Of a DNA stretch of 64,000 bases, positions 34,017 through 44,210 are shown in pieces; position 1 is the first letter of the stretch; every line of letters begins with the position of its first letter. The stretch lies in the NCBI GenBank assembly GCA_037441705.1, contig JBBIRR010000001.1, forward strand, positions 192,001 through 256,000, in the 5' to 3' direction. Origin of the DNA: Ignavibacteriales bacterium. Its GTDB lineage: Bacteria; Bacteroidota; Ignavibacteria; UBA10030; UBA6906. The translations under genes and the position numbers were made by a program. The notes below the pieces were generated by a model, which worked only from the letters and a program-made list of their open reading frames with translations, did no database searches and was not told where the DNA came from.

Positions 34017-36299
34017 ATGCATGATCAAGAGGATGTAACAATGAGGGCAAAAGCACCCGGCCCGAGTGACGTTCGGGCCAAGGGGGGCGACGCTCCGGAT
34101 ACAGTGACGCCGATCGACGGGCAGCAATCGCCGGCAAAGCCCACCCGGAGTCGAAGTCCGAGAGTGCGGCGACGCAGAACCGCGCCGCCGGCCGATGTGG
34201 GCCCGCTCGGCACATCGTCGCTCGACCCGGCACTCTACATCAACCGCGAGCTGAGCTGGCTCGAATTCAACCAGCGCGTGCTGGAGGAGGCACACGACAC
34301 GCGCCACCCACTGCTCGAACGCGTGAAGTTTCTCGCCATCGCAAGTTCCAACCTGGACGAGTTCTTCATGATTCGCGTCGCGGCAATCAAAGAGCAGATT
34401 CTTGCCGACGTCGTAGAGTTTTCCCCGGACGGGAAAGTCCCGACCCAGCAGCTCAAAGAGATTCACCAGCGCGTCGACCGGATGATGAAGGAGAAGGCCG
34501 ATCTCTTCTGGAACGACCTCCATCCAAAACTCGCAGCAAGCGGCATACACCTTCTCACCATGAAGGAGTGCACGTCCGAGGAACGCGCCCGTCTGACAGA
34601 GTTTTTTGCAAAGGAAATCTTTCCCGTCCTCACGCCGCTGGCGTTCGACCCCGGCCATCCGTTCCCGTATATCTCGAACCTGAGTTTGAGTCTCGCCGTT
34701 GTGGTGCGCAGCCCGAAGGGTGAGGAACGTTTTGCGCGCGTGAAGGTGCCCGATGTGCTGCCGCGCCTTGTGGCGATTCCGGGCAGCGACGCGGGGACGT
34801 TCCGCTTCGTCTGGCTGGAAGAGTTGATTCGTGAGAACCTCGGCATGCTGTTCCCCGGCATGGCGGTGACGGAATCGTATGCGTTTCAGGTAACGCGCAA
34901 CGCGGACATCGAGATTCAGGAAGATGAAGCCGAGGACCTCATCCGCTCGATCGAAGAGTCCATCAAGATGCGGCGGTTCGGTTCCGTGGTACGCCTGCTC
35001 GTGGAAAATACCATGCCGCAACGGATTATTGACGTCCTCGCGGAGAATCTCGAGATCACACCGGACGACGTGTACCACTTTCGTCCACCGCTCGGTCTCA
35101 GTCATCTCATGCAGCTGCTGAAACTGCCGCGCCCCGACTTGAAGGACCCACCGTATCACCCTGCAATGCTCTTCAGCGACGACGAGGGCGAGGATATCTT
35201 CGGTCTCATCAGGCGAGGCGACATCGTGTTGCATCATCCGTACGACTCGTTCGCTCCGATCGTCCAATTCATCAAAGCCGCCGCGCACGACCCGAATGTT
35301 CTTGCCATCAAACAGACACTCTACCGTATCGGAAAAGAATCGCCTCTGGTTCCGCTTCTGATTCAGGCTGCCGAAAGCGGCAAGCAGGTCGCCGTGTTGG
35401 TGGAGTTGAAAGCCCGCTTCGACGAAGAGAACAACATCGGCTGGGCAAAGAAATTAGAACGCGCCGGCATTCATGTCGTCTACGGATTGGTGGGATTGAA
35501 AACGCATGCGAAGGTCGCTCTCGTTGTTCGGAAGGAAGCAGACGGCCTGCGGCGCTACGTGCATCTCGGCACCGGCAACTACAATCCGGATACCGCACGC
35601 ATCTATACCGACATCAGCTACCTGACCTGCAAGGAAGATATCGCCGCCGATGCTTCGGAGGTGTTCAACTTCCTCACGGGGTTCTCCAACAAGCAGGAGT
35701 TTCAGAAACTGGTCGTCGCGCCGCTGAACCTGCGCACGCGCCTCACGCAGCTCATCGAGCGGGAAATTCAACACGCCCGCAGCGGCAAGCCCGCACACAT
35801 CATGCTCAAGATGAATGCCCTCACCGACATCAAAATGATCGAGATGCTCTACGAAGCGTCGAAAGCGAAAGTCAAGATCGACATGATCGTCCGGGGAATC
35901 TGCTCTCTGCGGCCCGGCGTCAAGGGCGTGAGCGAGAACATTCGCGTGATCAGTATTGTGGGGAGATTTCTCGAACACAGCCGCGTGTTCTATTTCTCGA
36001 ACGATGGCCGGCCGGAACTCTACTGCAGCAGCGCCGACCTGATGGGTCGCAATCTTGACCGACGCGTGGAACTGATGTTCCCGATTGAAGACCCGGTGTG
36101 GGCCGCATTCGTCAAACGCGAGACGCTTGATGCAGCATGGGAAGACACGGTGGGCGCGCGAATGCTTACCGCCAACGGCACATACGCGCGTGTGCAGCCT
36201 GCAAACGGCAGAGAGCCATTTGAGATGCAGGCGTTCCTCATGCACACGCGCCTGAAACAAGAACCGAAGAAAGCAGTGCCGCGTGAAGTGCCCGGGTAG
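34017..36299 (+). CDS. ppk1: Polyphosphate kinase 1
   Basis: NRELSWLEFNQRVL, SNLDEFFMIRVA, HHPYDSF, ELKARFDEENNI, KTHAK, GRFLEHSR. Start uncertain (34017 or 34041). Confidence 0.97.
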   Translation: MHDQEDVTMRAKAPGPSDVRAKGGDAPDTVTPIDGQQSPAKPTRSRSPRVRRRRTAPPADVGPLGTSSLDPALYINRELSWLEFNQRVLEEAHDTRHPLLERVKFLAIASSNLDEFFMIRVAAIKEQILADVVEFSPDGKVPTQQLKEIHQRVDRMMKEKADLFWNDLHPKLAASGIHLLTMKECTSEERARLTEFFAKEIFPVLTPLAFDPGHPFPYISNLSLSLAVVVRSPKGEERFARVKVPDVLPRLVAIPGSDAGTFRFVWLEELIRENLGMLFPGMAVTESYAFQVTRNADIEIQEDEAEDLIRSIEESIKMRRFGSVVRLLVENTMPQRIIDVLAENLEITPDDVYHFRPPLGLSHLMQLLKLPRPDLKDPPYHPAMLFSDDEGEDIFGLIRRGDIVLHHPYDSFAPIVQFIKAAAHDPNVLAIKQTLYRIGKESPLVPLLIQAAESGKQVAVLVELKARFDEENNIGWAKKLERAGIHVVYGLVGLKTHAKVALVVRKEADGLRRYVHLGTGNYNPDTARIYTDISYLTCKEDIAADASEVFNFLTGFSNKQEFQKLVVAPLNLRTRLTQLIEREIQHARSGKPAHIMLKMNALTDIKMIEMLYEASKAKVKIDMIVRGICSLRPGVKGVSENIRVISIVGRFLEHSRVFYFSNDGRPELYCSSADLMGRNLDRRVELMFPIEDPVWAAFVKRETLDAAWEDTVGARMLTANGTYARVQPANGREPFEMQAFLMHTRLKQEPKKAVPREVPG

Positions 36300-36492
36300 G
36301 CAGCGTGCTGACGAAGCAGCCGGTGACGGAACGAGAAACCCCATCGGCGATGCACTCCACCCCTCCACGTCCGTGCTTTGGAGCGAAGCACATCGCTCGC
36401 AACCCTTCACCGACTGCCCATGACGTTTGCCAGTTGTGCCGTGAATTACGGACCGTCACAGGGCAGTCGGTGCTTTGGGAAACTCACATAGT

Positions 36493-36717
36493 TCAGGACC
36501 TCAATTCAGATGCGGCCGCGTGTGTGTGAACATCCGCCTTCAGCAAACTCTGGAGCTTGTGCTCAACCAGGCGGACAAACGGCGTACAGCATCCGGCAAT
36601 CTCGATCTGCGGCGTCCCGACTCCCAACCCTTGATCCACGATGATTTCCACCGGCTCATCGTGGTTGGGACAACGAAGTGACGACGACCATTCGACGTGA
36701 AGCGAAGAACCGATCAT
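36493..36717 (-). CDS. Small hypothetical protein with CPxH...CC motif
   Basis: RCPNHDE...IEIAGCCTPF. GGGGG RBS-like run upstream. Same strand as the upstream operon. Confidence 0.45.
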   Translation of the reverse strand: MIGSSLHVEWSSSLRCPNHDEPVEIIVDQGLGVGTPQIEIAGCCTPFVRLVEHKLQSLLKADVHTHAAASELRS

Positions 36718-36768
36718 ATCTACCCCCTATTTGCGCGTTGAACATGTCTGTCTGTCCCGGTCGAATCC

Positions 36769-39228
36769 TCAGCGCAGCAGAACCATTTTTCTTGTCTCCG
36801 AAAAACTGCCGGACTGAACTCGGTAGAGGTACACACCCGTCGCCAGCGTACCGCCCATCGCATTCTTTGCGTCAAACACGATTTCGTACTTTCCCGCTGT
36901 CTTCCACTCGTCAACAAGCGTCGCCACCTCCTGACCCGTAATGTTGTACACCTTCAGTGTCACACGACCGTCCGCGGGAATGGCGTAGCGAATCGTCGTG
37001 GAAGGGTTGAACGGATTGGGATAGTTCTGCTCGAGCATGTACTTCGTCGGGATGGTAGCAAGGGGTTGCGGATTGAACCCAACGCCGACCTCCTTGATCC
37101 ACAGTTGCGTGACGATGGCCGAGCCTTCGCCAAGACTGTTGATCGCGATGGTCACGTCCCCATTGGCATGTACCTCTTGGGGGAGACGGCGAAAGCCTGT
37201 TGCTGCGGGTGTTGGACCAACGGTCATCGGCTCGCCAAGGCGGACACCGTTGGCGGTCAATTCTTGAAGCCGCCGCACGCCGTCTCCTGCGGCGAACTCT
37301 GCGGCAACTTCGTACTCGCCGGTCGGCTTCAGTCTCGTGAAGCGATACTGCACCGACGATGCGTGCTCGTTCGCTGTCTGCGATGGAGTGTTGCCCCATC
37401 GGACAGCGCTTCCCTGAACGAGATGGGCATCGTCCGTCCGGTGCTCGCTGCCGCAATCTTCGTGGTAATACAACGGCAGCGTGAAGCGGGTGTTGGAAAA
37501 CAGAGGCTCGCCGCTGTAGGCAGAGGCCGCCCCGAGTTCGTAGCGGTAGGTGCCGGCGGACACCTGCGTACCGTCGTCGCCCCGTCGATCCCATAGCAGG
37601 CGCTTCTCTCCGGCATTCATCCACGACGAGGTCAGGGTGCGGACGAGCCTATTCTGTTCATCGTAAATCCGGGCTGTTACGCTGGCAACATCGGTCAGCA
37701 CGAAGCGGCATGCGACCGTGCTGACATCGGCATCGGCCTGGAACTCGATCGCCTTCATTTTCACGCCGAGCTTTCTTCGCTGCGCCCCGCTCGCGTCGTC
37801 CCACCGCTCCACCGCAAACACCTGATCGAACCCGGTCCAGTAGTTTCCCTCTCCCTCAATCACAACCTTCGCAAACGGAATGTCGATATGACCGAGTCCC
37901 GCGTACGTCTCGTCTCCACCTTCGATGTCCAACAGATCGAGCGTCGGCGTGAACTTCAGAATCTGCGACCTCACACTTTCAACCACATAGACCTGCCCGA
38001 AGTGATCCGTCTTGAGTGACGTGAAGTACTGACGGAAATTGCCCCGGTACTCACGAACAAGCGTGAGGGACGTTCCTTCGTCGGCAAAGACACGGATGCG
38101 GTTTGCAAGCTTATCCACGACGTAGAGCAGCGCATTGTTCGCGCCGTTCCATCGGCCGACCGCGATGGAGCTTGGTGTTGAGAAGCCTTCAAAACTTGCC
38201 ACAAGGGAATTGCGCAGCGTACCGGCCGTGTATTTGAGAATCTTGTTCTCCACACCATCAGCCACATAGAGAAGATCATCCTGCGTATCGAAGGGCGTAC
38301 CGTTATCATTGATAGCGAGGTCGGTCGGGTTCGTCACGGTATAGATCTGATGACGATGCTGCAGCTCGATGTTATCGCCCGTGCCGACCAACTTCAGGAC
38401 GACGATGCGTTTGTTTGCCGGCTGTCCGACGAACACGTTTCCGTCAGCATCAACCGCGATGCATGAAGGTCCTTGAAGAGGATAGGCTTTGATCCAGCGA
38501 TCCATGTTTCCGTAGAGGATGCGGTCCCATTCGGGATCGAGAACAAGTTGAATGTAGGTTGCCGAGATCAGCCTGCGCCCGCTTGCATAGCGAAGGGAGA
38601 TGAACGAGGCGGTGTGTTCGGGCAAGCCGAACAGGACACGATCGAGACGCGAGCGTGCAATGCGCTCCGTCAGCCGTCCGATGCCGTGTTCGCGGCTCAC
38701 AGCGACCGGAATGAACGTTTCGCCGACGGAGACGCCACCGCCGACAGTTTGAGGCGAGGGCGCGCCGGTGACGGCAGCCGTGCTCCATTCGGCGGGGAGA
38801 GAGCCGCCGGCAATCGTCCAGCGCCCTCCTACCTTTTCGAAGAGGAGTCGCTCGCCCGAGGCAAACTCAGCCGATGCCGCGCTCCCCTGAACCCTTACGC
38901 GGCATCGTTGAAAATCGGCGGCAGGCAATGCCGTTGCCGGTGCGTGCGCTCCTGTGGACAACGCATCACCTGCCTGCCTGCTCAGCACGGCCTGGACGTG
39001 CTGAGGATCTGCAAAGAAGAAGGGCACGTGTTTTCGCTCGACCGCACTCGTGCCACCACCATTGGCCCGCAGCTTATCCACGATAAGCTGAATCTCCGCC
39101 TCATCGGAAACACGTGCCCAGTGTGCCCCCAACCGCTCCGGCGTGCTCGGCTCGCCCCCGCGAATTGTGCTGCACACACTCACGCTCATCACCATCACCG
39201 CACACAACTGTGTCGTCTTCATACTCAT
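36769..39228 (-). CDS. Secreted protein with NHL-like beta-propeller, FlgD-type Ig domain, beta-sandwich and T9SS C-terminal domain
   Basis: P..IAVDADGNVFV / PTDLAI...LYVAD repeats. IYDEQNRLVRTL....AGE..LLWDRRGDDG..VSAGTY. QNYPNPFNP...RKMVLLR. Confidence 0.85.
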   Translation of the reverse strand: MSMKTTQLCAVMVMSVSVCSTIRGGEPSTPERLGAHWARVSDEAEIQLIVDKLRANGGGTSAVERKHVPFFFADPQHVQAVLSRQAGDALSTGAHAPATALPAADFQRCRVRVQGSAASAEFASGERLLFEKVGGRWTIAGGSLPAEWSTAAVTGAPSPQTVGGGVSVGETFIPVAVSREHGIGRLTERIARSRLDRVLFGLPEHTASFISLRYASGRRLISATYIQLVLDPEWDRILYGNMDRWIKAYPLQGPSCIAVDADGNVFVGQPANKRIVVLKLVGTGDNIELQHRHQIYTVTNPTDLAINDNGTPFDTQDDLLYVADGVENKILKYTAGTLRNSLVASFEGFSTPSSIAVGRWNGANNALLYVVDKLANRIRVFADEGTSLTLVREYRGNFRQYFTSLKTDHFGQVYVVESVRSQILKFTPTLDLLDIEGGDETYAGLGHIDIPFAKVVIEGEGNYWTGFDQVFAVERWDDASGAQRRKLGVKMKAIEFQADADVSTVACRFVLTDVASVTARIYDEQNRLVRTLTSSWMNAGEKRLLWDRRGDDGTQVSAGTYRYELGAASAYSGEPLFSNTRFTLPLYYHEDCGSEHRTDDAHLVQGSAVRWGNTPSQTANEHASSVQYRFTRLKPTGEYEVAAEFAAGDGVRRLQELTANGVRLGEPMTVGPTPAATGFRRLPQEVHANGDVTIAINSLGEGSAIVTQLWIKEVGVGFNPQPLATIPTKYMLEQNYPNPFNPSTTIRYAIPADGRVTLKVYNITGQEVATLVDEWKTAGKYEIVFDAKNAMGGTLATGVYLYRVQSGSFSETRKMVLLR

Positions 39229-39236
39229 CTCCCCGA

Positions 39237-40400
39237 TTAGATCGAAAACTTGATGGATGCCTGTATGATGTTCGCCGAGAAATCCAGATTGTTGAAGTAG
39301 CGGAAATACATCACCTCGACCGCTGAACCGTGCAGGAACTCGAAATCGGGATTCTCCTTCGCGACGCCGCGCAGCAGGTACGTAAGCGTGAAGCCAAAAT
39401 TGTTGGATGAGAAAGGCTTCAGCTTATAGTCGGACGTGCGCAAGGCCGTCGCAAGATCCTGGATGCCCGCATAGCGGTCGCGGTAGAACGATGCCGCCGT
39501 TTGTGCATAGTACCGGTAGTCCACCCCGAAAATGAGATCCTGCAGTACGTATTTGTTGAACTTGATCTCGCCGGTGTGCGAACGCACATTCCACGAATCA
39601 AAGTAATACCGGTAGCTGCCGATGAGCGAAGCTTTGATCGGCACGATGAACTGGCTGAGCCTGAGCGCGCCCGCGTGCCGTGTGCGCGACCGGGGATGCT
39701 GCTCATCCACCAAGGTGGAAACACCGGCCGCATCGTAGATGCGGACCTGACGGTAGGGATCGCTCAGAAAGCCTTTGTGCAGCACGAAATCGTAGCTGAA
39801 ATCCAGGACGGTATTGGCCGAAAGAATCTGGCTGAGACTCAAGGAGCCGGTGTAGGTCTTCTTGCGCTGGTTCAGCAGATCGCCGCTCTCCAGAATCTTG
39901 CCCACGAAATCGGCGTTGTACTGGCCGCGCAGCGTGAGTGTTGTGTTCTTCTCATTCAGTTCCTGACTGTACGTGACGACGACTGCGTTCGAGCGATAGT
40001 CCACTTCCTGGCTTCTATAGTAATTCACGGCAAAGGTAGCGTTGGCGCCGATGTCTTGCTGAAGTCCGAGAATAATCTGTCCGCGATTTTTTTCGAACGG
40101 CTCGCTTGCGCGACGCTGCGGCCGCGTCGCACCCGTCACGGCAGTCACCGGCGGTACCGTCACCTGATCCAGCTCGATATCGAACAACAACAGCGTGCTC
40201 TGCAGCAAGCGCTTCGCAAGATTGAAGGACGTCGTAACGACGCTGTTATCGCCGCTATCGGAGAAGTAATAGGTTGTGAATCCCAGCCCCTCGCCGCCTC
40301 CTGCCGCGAACCCGATCGCGGACGGCATGAAGATGGCGAGCAAGAACAGGGCAATATGTTTCCGATAGTGTGTCATACACGAGGGCATCGTCGCCATCAT
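39237..40400 (-). CDS. DUF3570 family outer-membrane protein
   Basis: AVTGAT, SQEVDYRS, GFLSDPYR, E.HPRSR.RHA, YRYYFDSWNVRSHT, RYYAQTAASFY, TSDYKL. Confidence 0.88.
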   Translation of the reverse strand: MMATMPSCMTHYRKHIALFLLAIFMPSAIGFAAGGGEGLGFTTYYFSDSGDNSVVTTSFNLAKRLLQSTLLLFDIELDQVTVPPVTAVTGATRPQRRASEPFEKNRGQIILGLQQDIGANATFAVNYYRSQEVDYRSNAVVVTYSQELNEKNTTLTLRGQYNADFVGKILESGDLLNQRKKTYTGSLSLSQILSANTVLDFSYDFVLHKGFLSDPYRQVRIYDAAGVSTLVDEQHPRSRTRHAGALRLSQFIVPIKASLIGSYRYYFDSWNVRSHTGEIKFNKYVLQDLIFGVDYRYYAQTAASFYRDRYAGIQDLATALRTSDYKLKPFSSNNFGFTLTYLLRGVAKENPDFEFLHGSAVEVMYFRYFNNLDFSANIIQASIKFSI

Positions 40401-40615
40401 TTTGCACAGCCGCAGCCGCCGCCAATCCCCGCCGCTCCCCCGATGCTTCCCTCACGCGTGGAGAAGAACTTCTGCTCGAGCGTCTGCTTGGCAAACACAT
40501 CCGTCCGCTCCATGATCGGGTCACCGAGGTTGGCGCGTTGATACACTTTCACGGTTGTACATCCCGCGAGAAAATACAACAGGAGAAGAAGCGCGAAGAG
40601 GTGTGTCAGGCGCAT
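40397..40615 (-). CDS. DUF4266 family lipoprotein
   Basis: Lipobox LAGC, VKVYQRANL.DPIM, REGS.GG....GGGCGC C-terminus. Confidence 0.92.
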   Translation of the reverse strand: MRLTHLFALLLLLYFLAGCTTVKVYQRANLGDPIMERTDVFAKQTLEQKFFSTREGSIGGAAGIGGGCGCAK

Positions 40616-40624
40616 ACGGTCCTC

Positions 40625-42868
40625 CTATCGGCCGACGGTGTTGGAAAACTGCGTCCCCATATCCACCCACTCGATGATGGTGAGCAAGTCACGGTTCGCC
40701 GGAAGGAACGGATCAATGCGGCCATGTTGATCGCGCGTCCACATCTGCGTGTGATCGTAGCTCAACGGCCGGTAGTCCCGGTTGCTCGAGTCGTTCAACT
40801 GTCGTCCATACAACACCCACAGCAGCGGACTGTGACGCGAGCCGTTGTGCCCGTGGACGTATTGCATGTCGTTGTTTGTCGCGGTACGATAGCGACCGTT
40901 GCGCGTGAGGGTTTCATAGACGGTCGTCGTCATTTCCGTGAACGGATTTGGTGGGGGAGTCAAATCCGCCGGTGTGTTTTCCAGACTCAGCCCTCCTGCG
41001 GGTGCGGCATTGCTGTGGCAGGTGATGCACCGGCGATCGAACACATTCTGCACCGTGTTCGTCCTTCCGGTGCGATAGCGATCGAAGAAGTCCAGCGTAT
41101 CCGTCCGCGCTGCGGGATGCGCCGTCACCAGTTCCGCGTTGTGAAAGCCGGATTCGTACGTCGTGCCGCGTGCCCGATTGATCACCTGGTTGTTGGAGGC
41201 AATCTGCAGATCGTTAATAATCCGATCGCGATCATGAGAGTCGTGGCAGCCCGTACAGAGCCGCTTCTCGCCCGGTATCACCTGAATCCACGTGAGCTGG
41301 CTGACGAGAAGCATACCGTGCTGGTCGAGCGTCTGCACGTGCAGGGATCGGTTCGCAGGCACTTCAATGGAAAAGGAACCGTCCGAACGAATCGCCGCAT
41401 AGCCGATAATGCGCTGCTTTTCCAGATTGATGTTGCCGATGGCCTGTCCGCGCTTGGATCCATCGCGAGGCATATCCACCGCTTCCAACACACGCAGGTA
41501 CTTGGCCTGACCGTTCGAGCCATCGGCGTTCGCGAACGTCGGTGAAGGACGAATCTGCCCGTCGTTGGGCGCGCGATCGTAGACATTGCCGTCGAAGAAC
41601 ATCCCGGTCGTCGCACCGGAGGAAAGTCCTGCGGCAACATTCGGGTCCATGGGAATGACCAGCGGGACCCCGCCGGGAATTCTTTCGCGCGGTAGCACGG
41701 GCACGGGATCAATCTCGTTATAGTCGGGATCGTTGTAGATGAGCCGGAGATTGCTGCCGTCTTTCTCCATCACGTAGATGCCGTAGTCGACTTCTTCATT
41801 CTGGCCGCCTTGACCGCGAGGAATCGGAGACATCGCCACGAGGATTTTTTCTTTTCGATCTGCAGATGCATTCCTGTCGATGATCGGATGCGGCGTTTTG
41901 TAGAACGCGCTGGTCGCGCGGCCCGTGTTATTAAAGACCACGTCAGGAGGTGTGATGAACGTGAGGTTGTCATCCGATCGTGAAATGTCAATAATGGCGA
42001 TGGCACCGCCCTCGAAAGGCGAGTTCCGCTCCATCACCGAACAGACCAGCCCGCCATCGGAGAGTTCTCGCGCTTCGACAAATGCCCGGTCGCCGCTTTC
42101 GCGCGGCGAGTGATTGCCGTACAGAACGAAGGGCCGCGTACCATCGGGGTTCATCACAAAGAGAGGAAATTTGTTGGGATTGCCGAGATGTTCCCACCGG
42201 CCGTAAATGATCTTGCCGCTGGAGTGAATGATCGGGTTGATATCGTGACTCTGATTGAATGAAATGCGACGAATGTTGACGAGTCGGCCATCTGCCGCGC
42301 GATCGGCTACATGCAGCAGCGGCGACTCGCGTCGCTCATATTCGTCAACGATTCCGGGCCGGGTTGAGGTAAAAACAATTTGCCCGGTCGGCAGATACGC
42401 CGGATCCATATCGTCGCCGGTTGAACCCTCGGTCAGTTGCACAAGATTCGTCCCGTCGGCATTCATTTCGTAGATGCGCCAGCGACTGTTGCGGTTCACC
42501 TTCATCGAGAAGAGAATTCTTCGGCCGTCGTAGGAAACCTCGGGATCAGCGCACGCTCCGTAGTTGCGCGGGTCGCTGACGTTGCGCCTCGTGTATTGTG
42601 CGGTCAGGTTCGTCAACTTGCCTTGCGGAGAGATGGGGCTGAGCAAAAACAGATCGCTGCCCGGATAGTACTCGTCAATATTGCTGCGCATGGGTTCGCT
42701 GCGGTTGTCTTCGCGGCTGTTCTCTCGAACAAAGACAATCGCCGCCTGCCCCGAACGGTCAAGAATGTCATCCGGCGGCGACGAACCGCAGGACGCGAAA
42801 ATCAGAGCCAGACCTCCGGTGCATAAGGCAGCGTTCATCAGCCGCCCGAGCCACAGAATTGATCTCAT
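40625..42868 (-). CDS. Lipoprotein with TolB/PD40-like propeller, hydrazine-synthase-alpha (HzsA)-like middle domain and two CxxCH
   Basis: Lipobox FASC, DPEVSYDGRRILFSM, DMDPAYLPTGQIVFTSTR, RWEH, DGSFSIEVPAN....Q.LD..G......W....PGE...CTGCH, RRCITCH. Confidence 0.88.
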   Translation of the reverse strand: MRSILWLGRLMNAALCTGGLALIFASCGSSPPDDILDRSGQAAIVFVRENSREDNRSEPMRSNIDEYYPGSDLFLLSPISPQGKLTNLTAQYTRRNVSDPRNYGACADPEVSYDGRRILFSMKVNRNSRWRIYEMNADGTNLVQLTEGSTGDDMDPAYLPTGQIVFTSTRPGIVDEYERRESPLLHVADRAADGRLVNIRRISFNQSHDINPIIHSSGKIIYGRWEHLGNPNKFPLFVMNPDGTRPFVLYGNHSPRESGDRAFVEARELSDGGLVCSVMERNSPFEGGAIAIIDISRSDDNLTFITPPDVVFNNTGRATSAFYKTPHPIIDRNASADRKEKILVAMSPIPRGQGGQNEEVDYGIYVMEKDGSNLRLIYNDPDYNEIDPVPVLPRERIPGGVPLVIPMDPNVAAGLSSGATTGMFFDGNVYDRAPNDGQIRPSPTFANADGSNGQAKYLRVLEAVDMPRDGSKRGQAIGNINLEKQRIIGYAAIRSDGSFSIEVPANRSLHVQTLDQHGMLLVSQLTWIQVIPGEKRLCTGCHDSHDRDRIINDLQIASNNQVINRARGTTYESGFHNAELVTAHPAARTDTLDFFDRYRTGRTNTVQNVFDRRCITCHSNAAPAGGLSLENTPADLTPPPNPFTEMTTTVYETLTRNGRYRTATNNDMQYVHGHNGSRHSPLLWVLYGRQLNDSSNRDYRPLSYDHTQMWTRDQHGRIDPFLPANRDLLTIIEWVDMGTQFSNTVGR

Positions 42869-42903
42869 ACGCTTCTCCCCGATAATGCCGTTCTCGTAGA
42901 TGA

Positions 42904-43455
42904 TTAGAAATAGAATTGAATGCCGACCGTGAACGCAATGTTGTGTGAGACAAATGGCTCATCGTTCAGAATCCGCTGTGAGAAGATTTGATCTCGCACA
43001 TCGTATCGAAAGCCGAACTGATTCCCCCCGAAGGCGCCCTTCAGCGGAATGCGTTTGCCCAGACCGATCACGCCTGCAAACGTCGACTGCCCTCCCTGGT
43101 TGATCCCGGCAACCCCGAGGATCATGAAGGGCACATAGCTGCTGGGAAACGGATCGAACCCTGCAACAAACTCATACGTGTACAATCGCTCACTCTCAAA
43201 CAGCTGAGATCGCGTAACGCTCGAGAGAACATTGGAGCGCAAGCTGCCAAGGCCGAATGTGCCTTCGACAAAAAATTTCCCTCCTGAAACAAAGTAGTTA
43301 TACCGAGCAGCGTAGTGAGGATTGGTCCCGAAACCGCTTGCCGCGTACGCACCCACAGAGAGACTAATGCTGTTGGAATAGGGCATCTGTGCATAGGAAG
43401 GAATCGCAGCGACCGTAGTAAGCACAAGCAGCAAGCTCCATGTGTGTACACGCAT
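42904..43455 (-). CDS. Small outer-membrane beta-barrel protein
   Basis: Signal peptide (SYA-Q), about 8 amphipathic strands, RYDVRDQIF, C-terminal QFYF. Confidence 0.8.
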   Translation of the reverse strand: MRVHTWSLLLVLTTVAAIPSYAQMPYSNSISLSVGAYAASGFGTNPHYAARYNYFVSGGKFFVEGTFGLGSLRSNVLSSVTRSQLFESERLYTYEFVAGFDPFPSSYVPFMILGVAGINQGGQSTFAGVIGLGKRIPLKGAFGGNQFGFRYDVRDQIFSQRILNDEPFVSHNIAFTVGIQFYF

Positions 43456-43471
43456 GTTACACTCCCGTTGG

Positions 43472-44098
43472 TTACCGAATTATGAACGTTGCACCGAGGC
43501 TGATTTCCTGAAACAGGACCAACTCGTCCCGCTCATCGCGCGCATTGGTAATGTTGGTGATGTACTGTTTTGCTTCGATGCGAATGCCGAGCGTCGGTGT
43601 GAAGTAGAACCGCGCGCCTGCGCCGAAATTAAATCCGAGCGTTGATACCGTTTCATTGCCGATTGTCGACGTCGGCACCGTGAGCATCAGGCCGACCCCC
43701 GCTGCACCGTACGGAATGAGGCGCGAGCGAGTGGAGAGGTTGAGAAGAGCATTCACGGAAAGAGGATAGAGATTCGCATACGTGCCGATCACCTGCTCAC
43801 CTGCCAGCTCAAGGTTGAGAGAGCCATAGTTCATCGAAAGGCGCAGGCCGAACGTGCCGCTCTTTCCCATGAATCCTGTGTGAGGCGAAATCTCGAACGT
43901 GACGCCGTCGTTGAGGTTGATGAAGGACGTCTTGGTTTCCGTGCGCACTGAATCGTTCTGTTGCGACGCGGCCCTTTCCGGAGTTGAGGCTACAACGAAA
44001 GATAGTAGCAAGAGTGAATAAGTAAATCGGATAAATACGGTATATTCCTTCTTCAAAGGACGCAATGAGACCGCTCCCGCTTTCCGTCTGAATTTCAT
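43472..44098 (-). CDS. Small outer-membrane beta-barrel protein (OmpA/OMP_b-brl-like)
   Basis: IPYGAAGVG, GFNFGAGARFYF...LGIRIE, EISLGATF. Confidence 0.82.
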   Translation of the reverse strand: MKFRRKAGAVSLRPLKKEYTVFIRFTYSLLLLSFVVASTPERAASQQNDSVRTETKTSFINLNDGVTFEISPHTGFMGKSGTFGLRLSMNYGSLNLELAGEQVIGTYANLYPLSVNALLNLSTRSRLIPYGAAGVGLMLTVPTSTIGNETVSTLGFNFGAGARFYFTPTLGIRIEAKQYITNITNARDERDELVLFQEISLGATFIIR

Positions 44099-44180
44099 TG
44101 AAAATCACTCGTTTATGTGCCCAATCCTACAACTCTGTGCTGCACAATTTACTCAATTCACTGTACCAATCGTTGAGATA

Positions 44181-44210
44181 CAAATATAAACCAATTTATT
44201 CATTTGTCAA
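44181..44210 (-). promoter_or_regulatory. Candidate promoter of the barrel/HzsA-like/DUF3570 operon
   Basis: Minus strand TTGACA, 16-nt spacer, TATATTTG (fits both a -10 box and the Bacteroidota TAnnTTTG box), in an AT-rich tract. Confidence 0.6.

Noticed and set aside
33897-36410. 463-aa and 318-aa minus-strand ORFs
   Set aside because: Antisense shadows of ppk1.
40625-42868. Anammox hydrazine synthase
   Set aside because: Only an HzsA-like domain is present, with no hzsB/hzsC or hydrazine dehydrogenase, and the host features point to the FCB group.
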